In this document: piece by piece, positions 54,511-64,000 of the stretch
Numbering within the stretch: position 1 is the stretch's first letter
How the letters are laid out: every line of letters begins with the position of its first letter
Source of the DNA: Octopus vulgaris
Taxonomy: Eukaryota
Reading direction: 5' to 3'
Length of the DNA: 64,000 nt
Assembly: GCA_951406725.2 (NCBI GenBank)
Contig: OX597820.1
Coordinates: forward strand, 15,872,001 to 15,936,000
Position numbers and translations under genes: made by a program
The notes under the pieces: generated by a model
Seen by the model: only the letters and a program-made list of their open reading frames with translations
What the model was told of the DNA's origin: nothing
Database searches by the model: none

Positions 54511-54596
54511 ATATATGTATATGTATATATATGTACTTATACATAGATGTAGATATATACATATATATATATATGCATATATATATGTATATATAT

Positions 54597-54650
<54 letters not shown>

Positions 54651-54683
54651 GCATGCATGCATGTATGTATGTATGTATGTACG

Positions 54684-54725
<42 letters not shown>

Positions 54726-54836
54726 AATATATTTGTGTATAAATTTTTATTGTATCCCTGATTTTTATGCGCTAAGCCACTTGGTGTTAAATTGATGGTA
54801 TTATTAAATTAATATCCAATTTTTTCACCCTTATTT

Positions 54837-54885
<49 letters not shown>

Positions 54886-55052
54886 TGATACGATGTATTG
54901 TTTCATATATTATATAATAAAATTGCAGCAAAGATCTTCTAGTAGAGTGGCGATGAAACAATTGTAGCACTATGCAATAAAAAGTGTCGCTCAATCCATT
55001 CTCTTTTGTTAATATTTATACACGCACACGCATACACACACACACACACACA

Positions 55053-55177
<125 letters not shown>

Positions 55178-55745
55178 ATAGAGAGAGAGAAAGAGGGAGA
55201 GAGATGGAGATGCGTATTTGTGTGTGTTTGTGCCTTTGTTCCACTCTCACCACAGCTTGACAACTTATGTTGGTTTATTTCCGTCCCGTAACTTAACAGT
55301 TTCAGCAAAACACCCGATGGAATAAATGTCAGACTGGAGTCAATTTGTTCAACTAAAAAATATTCTCTTCAAGGCAGTGCTCCAGCATGACCACAATCCA
55401 ATTATTGAAGCAAGTAAAAAATAAAAAAATAAAAGATATTGTTTGAAAATAATTTCGTTTTACTTTTTTATTGTCTACAAGTACGTACAATCGAAGATAA
55501 GGTTGTGCGACTGATCTCTGGGTTTTCCGAGTAATCTTAGAAACCGACAAGCATATCTAAGAAGGGACGATGAAGAGAAATTGAATGAGAATACCGTATT
55601 CTTACAACATGGCCTGAGTGTGCAACTCTTGTCTCCTCAGAGAAGGCTGTGTATATGTGTAAGACTCCACAGATTTAGGTTTCTCTGAGGGGACGAGAGC
55701 CATAACCACTGGCCATGCTGGAAGAAAACAAACAAAAATCAGTAT

Positions 55746-55909
55746 AGGCGCAGGTGTGGATGTGTGGTAAGTAGCTTGCTTACCAACCATATGGTTCCAG
55801 GTTCAGTCCCACTGCTTGACACCTTGGGCAAGTGTCTTCTACTACAGCCTCGGACCGACCAAAGCCTTGTGAGTGGACTTGGTAGACGGAAACTGAAATA
55901 AGCCCGTCG

Positions 55910-55973
<64 letters not shown>

Positions 55974-56825
55974 TGTATGTATGTATGTATGTATGTGTGT
56001 GTGTGTGTTTCTGTGTCTATGTTTGTCTCCCCAACATCGCTTGACAACCGATACTGGTGTGTTTGCGTCCCCGAAACTTAGCGGTTCGGCAAAAGAGACC
56101 GATAGAATAAGTACTAGGCTTACAAAGAATAATTCCTGGGGTCGATTTGCTCGATTAAAGGCGGTGCTCCAGTATGGCCGCAGTCAAATGACTGAAACAA
56201 GTAAAAGGGAGAGTAAAAGAGTAAAGAGAGATACGCACACACACAAACACATGTAAATAAGAATGTATTTAAAAGGACAACGTATATCGTAGGATGGCGA
56301 AATTGTCCTTAGCAGCAGCTATTCAGAACACCACATGCATTTCAGCCTTCTTAGGCTCTGTCAATGATGTGTACTCCAACCAGCTACTTGCTTAGACGAG
56401 ATTTTTCGTCTCCGATATACTCTTTACTCTCTTTTACTCTTTTACTTGTTTCAGTCATTTGACTGTGGCCATGCTGGAGCACCGCCTTTAGTCGAGCACA
56501 TCGACCCCGGGACTTATTCTTTGTAAGCCTAGTACTTATTCTATCGGTCTCTTTTGCCGAACCGCTAAGTTATGGGAACGTAAACACACAAGCATCGGTT
56601 ATCAAGCGATGCTGGGGGGGGGGGGACAAACACAGGCACACAAACATATACACACATATACATATATATACATATATACGACGGGCTTCTTTTTAATTTC
56701 CGTCTACCACATCTACTCACAAGGCTTTGGTCGGCCCGAAGCTATAGTAGAGGACCCTTGCCCAAGGTGCCACGCAGTGGGACTGATCCCGGAAACATGT
56801 GGTTCGTAAACAAGCTACCTAACAC
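55746..56825. mobile_element. two SINE family B copies, tail-to-tail
   Basis: 55746-56225(+) and 56420-56825(-). Confidence 0.85.
56328..56370 (-). ncRNA. degenerate hammerhead relic
   Basis: ACATCA-TTGACAG-AGCCT-aaga-AGGCT-GAA-ATGCAT-G-TGGTGT. Stems intact; core and position 17 are altered. Confidence 0.5.
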
Positions 56826-57449
56826 AACAATATAAAACATTTACTGATGTCGTGAATAGCCGCGCGACTGAAAAAAAAATTCGTTATATGCAACAGAAGT
56901 ATTAAATTAAAATAGCCATCTATGTATCATATTTAATATAAATACATCATCGAAAGGCAAATTCTCTCACAAAGCATTGGTCTCTCCAGCGAAATATAGC
57001 AGAATACCCGTTGCTGAAGGTGACGCAATGTGGGACCGTACCTGAAGCTACAAGATTGTTACAAAGCGCGCTTCTTAACTACACACCCTTGTCTGCAAAT
57101 GGATCTTACTTCAGTAATTTCATCCCAGACGAATGCTAAGCCAAAACCAAATCCAAGGGGATTTCGAACGGAAATAATATGATCCGTTCAATGTGTTGGT
57201 ATATCCATTCTGGGTATTATCTCAACTGATGTTATAGGTTCCATAATTCAACCAAGTCTTCTGGAAGAGGAATTTCTGGGTATATGCTGTTTGAAGAAAT
57301 CCTAAAGCGATATCTCCTTAAGTGTGTGCGTGTGTATACATGTGTATGTGTGTATATATGTATGTATTTATGTATGTATGTAAGCATATATATGCGTGTG
57401 TGTGTATACGTATAAATACACGCACACACAGACTCACACACACACACAC

Positions 57450-57502
<53 letters not shown>

Positions 57503-57726
57503 GAAATATTAAAATTACTAAGTCTTTCTAAAAGAGATTACGGCAGCGTTACTGGAAATTAATTGTTATCGCCATATTAATATGGCAGTCTTATAGATAT
57601 AAGACTAAAGCTGTCGCTGATTAGCTCCATGAGGCCATCGCCTTAAGCTAGCTATTTGACACACAAACTGTGTCCATTATAACCTTCAAGATAGAAAATG
57701 CTAAAATAATTTTATAAAAAACATTT

Positions 57727-57759
57727 CAGTACCGGTTTCAGTCATTGAGACTTTTTCAA

Positions 57760-57762
<3 letters not shown>
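57727..57762 (-). ncRNA. minimal type-I hammerhead with U3-A8 core variant
   Basis: CAG-TTGAAAA-AGTC-tcaat-GACT-GAA-ACCGGT-A-CTG. All three stems pair; palindromic ACCGGT; GUA triplet. Confidence 0.65.
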
Positions 57763-57808
<46 letters not shown>

Positions 57809-58010
57809 GTTTTGGACTAATGGGTGTGTGTCGATTGGTGAGTTGAAGTGTTGAGTAGAGCACTGGCACAGTTTGGGCTACCCAGTGTCATCCGCAGTCG
57901 GGGTATGTTTCCGTTGGATCTACTTCAGGAATTCCGCAGTATTAGTTGAGATAATAATAATGATAATTTCTTAAGTAACCAGAAGATGAATTTGGTATTA
58001 ATCTTTATTT

Positions 58011-58116
58011 TGTACAACGATCGTTTCGACCTATTCTGCTACTGTCCCTTATGGGTGGTACTCCTTTCAACATATTGTGTCGCCTCAATTTTGCAGTCTG
58101 GGTTTCATCAGGTACA
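58011..58116 (-). ncRNA. type-I hammerhead with greatly extended stem/loop II
   Basis: TGTAC-CTGATGA-(~77 nt)-GAA-ACGATCGT-T-GTACA. Stem I perfect, palindromic stem III. Confidence 0.75.
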
Positions 58117-58201
58117 TTTACATATTGACCGACGGGCATATAACAACATGACAGTAAAAAAACACAGGATCATTGGTGAGACACAAACCTCTATGTATAG
58201 A

Positions 58202-58307
58202 TGTACCTGATGAGACTCATACTGCAAACTTTATGCAACACCACAAGTTGAAAGGAGTCCCACCCATAAGGGACAACAGCAGGATGGGTCGAAACGACCG
58301 GTGTATA
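58202..58307 (+). ncRNA. inverted paralogue of the long-stem-II hammerhead, cleavage site mutated
   Basis: TGTAC-CTGATGA-GACTCAT.CTGC...GCAG.ATGGGTC-GAAAC-GACC-GGT-GTATA. Confidence 0.7.
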
Positions 58308-58363
58308 AAATAAAGATTAATACCAAATCCATCTTCTTCTTACTTAAGAAATGTTTGCTGTTA

Positions 58364-58433
<70 letters not shown>

Positions 58434-59176
58434 CATATATATATATATATGTATGTATACATATATATGTATATGTATATCTATACATACACATATATAT
58501 ATATATGTACATACATACATACAAACATACATACATACACATACATACATACATACATACATACAAACATACATACATACATACATACATACATACATAC
58601 GTACGTACGTAGATAGATACATACAAGAATACATAAGTACGTACATACATACGTAAGCACATACATACGTACATATATACGTAAGTACATACATACGTAC
58701 ATACATACAAACATACACACATACATACATACATACATACATACATACATACATACATACATACATACATACGTACATACGTACATACATACAAACATAC
58801 ATACATACATACATACATACACACATACATACATACATACATACATGTCACGTGATCGTGTGATTGGTCAGACTATTGGATGTTGTACATTGCTGGACAT
58901 AATGATGGTTCGAACAGGAGGTCATGTCGTGTGTTTGGTGAAATTTCGAGGGTGGGGTGGGGGGTGTTGCAGATTGAGTTTGTCTTTTATTCTTTAATTT
59001 GTTACAGTCATTTGACTGCGGCCATGCTGGAGCACCGCCTATAGTCGCGCAAATCGACCCCAGGACTTATTCTTTGTAAGCCTAGTACTTATTCTATCGG
59101 ACTCTCTTGCCGAAACGCTAAGTGACGGGCACGTAAACACACCAGCATCGGTTGTCAAGCGATGTTGGGTGGACAA

Positions 59177-59210
<34 letters not shown>

Positions 59211-59984
59211 GTGTATATATATACGACGGGCTTCTTTCAGTTTCCGTCTACCAAATCCACTCACGTTACTCATTTTTGCCTGCTGAGTGGACTGGAGCAA
59301 CGTGGAATGAAGTGTATTGCTCAAGAACACAGCACGTCGCCCGGTCCAAGAATCGAAACCACAATCTTACGATCATGATGCTGACACCCTAACCACTAAG
59401 CCACGCGCTTCCACATAATGTGACATGCTTTGATGGAAAAACGCTTTTCGTATGTAAACTGTTTGAGCTTTTGATTCCGACTTGATATACCATGGGCTTC
59501 TTTAAGTTTCCTTCTGCTAAATCCACACACAAAGCTTTTGTCGACTTGAGGACATAGCTGAAGGCACATGGCGAAGGTGATGCGCAATGGAACTGAACTC
59601 GAAAACACGAGGTTGGGAAACAAATTCCTTAAGCCCACTATCACTCCTGCGCACGCTCACACACACACACATACACGTTTTCATTTGATTTGGCCGAGCT
59701 GGCGCACCGCCTTGAGGATTCTACAGACAACGACATCAACCACAGTATTTATTTTTATGTCTGGGAAAGATCTGATCAAGCTCTATATGAGAAAGTAATA
59801 AGTTGTGAGAGATAAACACAGCCCATAATTTTCCAGGCAAACATAGTGATACACACGCACACACACACATACACACATATATACATAATTGAAAATTTAA
59901 TTTTGTTTTATGTACACACACACACACACACACACATATATAATTCAAAATTTTCTTTTCTTTTATAAATACATAATATATATG

Positions 59985-60033
<49 letters not shown>

Positions 60034-60183
60034 TATTCAAAATTTAATTTTGCTTTATTGACACACACACATATATATATAATTCAAAATTTTCTTTTCT
60101 TTTATAAATACATAATATATATGTATATATGTATATATATATATGCATTATTCAAAATTTTATTTTGTTTTATATATACATAC

Positions 60184-60215
<32 letters not shown>

Positions 60216-60225
60216 ATACATACAT

Positions 60226-60286
<61 letters not shown>

Positions 60287-60519
60287 CCATATTCGTAGAT
60301 ATGTATATTTACGTACATACATATAAAGATATATAAATATATATGTGTGTGTATATAAAGATGTGTGTATTTTTCCCTTGTTAACAGTTAGCACGGAAAA
60401 AATATATGCGTGTGTGTGTATATTTATATATATATGTGTGTGTGTATGTATATGTATATATATACATATGTGTGTGTATACGCATATTTATGTGTATATA
60501 CTTGTATGTATGTTTGAAT

Positions 60520-61050
60520 GTCTCACAAATTATATCTTCACATAACAGCCGTATTCAAAGAGGTTACAGTTTCTCTCCTATTAATTCTAGTACCCTTATT
60601 AACATTAACAATAATATTAACGATAATCTCTCTTTAAATGATAACATCAATGTAACGAGCATTTGCAGTTGCGGCCCTAATAAAACCTGTGTTCTAAATG
60701 GAAACTGCCCAATTAAAAATGCCGTATACCAATGCAAGGCTACCTCGGATAACAAAGAATGTTTTAATATATGTTTACCCTCTGCGTTTTTGAAATTCAG
60801 ACTGGCTAACCATTTCTCTACCTTCAAATACAATCGAAAGCGTAACTCCACTGGACTTAGTAGACTAATATGATACCTTAATGACTCTAACAAACTTAAA
60901 ATTTTATCTAGATCTTTTCCCTATGATAAAGGCAATTTTTTTCTATCCTCATTGTACGGAAGAGCAATTTTTTATTCTCTTTTCCAAACATAAACTGGTA
61001 AACAGGTTTATGAAGCGGCTTTACAAGTGTACACGCTAGAAAAATATTAT
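60520..61050 (+). pseudogene. decayed Penelope-like GIY-YIG endonuclease
   Basis: CSCGPNKTCVLNGNCPIKNAVYQC...KFRLANHFSTFKYNRKRNSTGLSRLI...ILSRSFPY. A hammerhead-like relic (TTGAAGA...GAAAGCGCTA) follows at ~61140-61180. Confidence 0.75.
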
Positions 61051-62239
61051 TTCCCTAACCACTGGACCATTGCGCCTCACACATTTATATATATATATAA
61101 ACATATATGTTTAATTTGAAGACTCCACTAGAGTTCAATTTGAAGACTACACTAGAATGGACGAAAGCGCTAATATATGATATATGATGTATAAAAACAT
61201 GTAACACACTAATAAATATCTGTAAATATAAAACCATCCGGATTTCTGAGTACCTCATTTCTTCTAGCGTTTTTCCGATGGCCGGATAACTGAAACTCGG
61301 AGTTCTATCTTGGCTACCGAATAATTGTCACATATTACATTTACATATATATATATCCCCGTTCATATACACATACACACACATACACACTCACACACGT
61401 ATACACATGCATACATATATATACACACATACATATATATAGTATAAGAAAATGCTTGAATCCAATATGAAATCAAGGAAGCTGAAATCAGAAGTGGGTT
61501 CAATTGTGCTCCCTAGATAACTGTTGTGTGATTAATTATATTTGTATAGATTTATTGTTTTAGCTAAGAATCTCTGCTTGTACAAAATTGAAAAGCTCTT
61601 CAGAAACTAAATATCTTGCATCTGTAAACTATGAAGTCAATTCAGAATATTTAGTCAGGATTCAAACCTTTAAAATAAATTTGCTTTTTAACAGTTAAAG
61701 TAAGTTCTCCATGAAATATAATGTCAAAGAATGTTTGTTTGTGTGTATGTGAGTGTGTGTGTGCCAAACACAACGCCCCTGTGACATATTTGTGTCACCA
61801 GTTTAGACAATCGCTTGTCAGTCTCATCATCAGAATGTGGACCAATGATCAGTATCTTGGAAACCTTTAACCAAACGATGCTACATTTCATAAAACGTAT
61901 ATCATCTTCATCATTTCACGTCTGTTTTCTATGCTGGCATAGGTTGAAGGGTTTGACATGATCCATTGAACCATAGGGCTACATCAGGCTCAAGTGTCAG
62001 GTTTGGCATGGTTTTTATGGCCAGATGCCGTTCCTAACAGCAACGACTTTACAGAGTGTACTGGGTGTTTTTTTCATGCACTGCTAAGCACAAATGTTTC
62101 AAGCAATGAAAAGTCAACAAAAAAATTGTAAATAAATAGTATTTTATTATAATATTTAAACATTAATGAAAGCTCATTTATAAATTTGTTACCAGTGAAT
62201 GTCCAAACTTGTTCTGTTCCCCGGTAAGATAATGTTAGA

Positions 62240-63030
<791 letters not shown>

Positions 63031-63569
63031 AAAACAACAAAAAACATATGAACAGAATACAAACGGTAAATATGGAAATGCTTTTAACAGTTTCCTGTGA
63101 TGATTAAACCAAACAGAAGATGACCTTGTAGCGTTGTCAAAGAGAATGTTAAAAAAAAAAAAAGTGAGAGAGAGAGGTAAAGAGAGAATGAAAGAAATGG
63201 TAAAAAAAAATAATAAAAGTTTTAAAACAAGAGATGAAAAAAATTTTGTTAAGTTCCGAAACTGAAGGAGGGTTTACTGTTTGGTTATTAAAAATGCTTT
63301 GTTCCTCCCCACCCTTCACTCCACCCCACCCTGCCCGAATTTGCTCACTCAGTTTAGACTCAGAAGTGATTCTAAACAAAATATTAGTTCAGTAAAATGT
63401 ATCCACATTTATTGGCCTGCCCTTTCTCTCTGATTAAGACCCTCACTTGTTGGGAGGGATTTCTCTTTCACTGTCCTTCTTGGTTATTTAGTCTGTGGAT
63501 AACGGAAACGGATCCAAAGTTGGATTCAAAACAGGTGAAAAAAATAACACAATACAAAAAGAAATAACA

Positions 63570-63628
<59 letters not shown>

Positions 63629-63640
63629 TGATGTTCAATT

Positions 63641-64000
63641 TTAGGCCGATTCCGAGGTAACCATATTGTGTTTTTGTAAAGTTCTCATTGATAAATCTTG
63701 TGGTTCATCCTGTTCTTTGATTTTGATACCTAACGACCAGTTCGGTGAAGTTACTTTGTGGCATTCGTTCATCTGTGGACTAATTTTACTACTGTACTGT
63801 TCATAATAACTTTCTGTTTTTATGTCTGCCGGATGGATGAAGTTAGATGGCACCATAGCGCCATCTGTGTGTTTGTTATTGGTTTCTGTTGTTGTAGCTG
63901 ATGTAACGGGTATCGTTAAGGTGGTGGGTGTGATGGGAGCAGTAGTGGTGATGGGGCTGGTGCTTGTGTTAGTCATTAGCGATGGCAGTGATGGGGATGG
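63641..64000 (-). CDS. 3'-terminal coding exon (partial) of a host gene, probably a transcriptional regulator with a PxDLS CtBP-binding motif
   Basis: The frame is open from the window edge (PSPSLPSLMTNTST...) to TAA at 63641-63643. Non-repetitive protein with a T/P/S-rich segment, IKTE (SUMO consensus) and EPQDLSMR. Unique 3'UTR-like sequence follows. Confidence 0.75.
   Translation of the reverse strand, partial: PSPSLPSLMTNTSTSPITTTAPITPTTLTIPVTSATTTETNNKHTDGAMVPSNFIHPADIKTESYYEQYSSKISPQMNECHKVTSPNWSLGIKIKEQDEPQDLSMRTLQKHNMVTSESA

Overview
AT-rich, microsatellite-dense eukaryotic DNA, most likely from an octopus genome (inferred from the tRNA-derived SINE families and the repeat landscape). 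Almost all listed ORFs are translations of (TA)n/(CA)n/(TATG)n repeats or of decayed transposons. The only credible host coding sequence is a minus-strand terminal exon at the right edge (63641-64000), which carries a PQDLS CtBP-binding motif. The rest is a nested mosaic: three tRNA-headed SINE families, non-autonomous Helitrons, Tigger and mariner remnants, L1/Tx1, R4/Dong, CR1-group and RTE LINE fragments, a Gypsy remnant and several decayed Penelope-like (PLE) RT/GIY-YIG fragments. The most notable signal is about a dozen type-I hammerhead-ribozyme motifs from unrelated sequence families, folded by eye. Many sit in short elements inserted in (TA)n tracts or in inverted duplications. They include a head-to-head palindrome of a tRNA-headed, hammerhead-tailed element (43316-43880), which may be a Pol III SINE mobilised by Penelope machinery. 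No searches or folding programs were run; boundaries are approximate unless TSDs or TIRs are cited.
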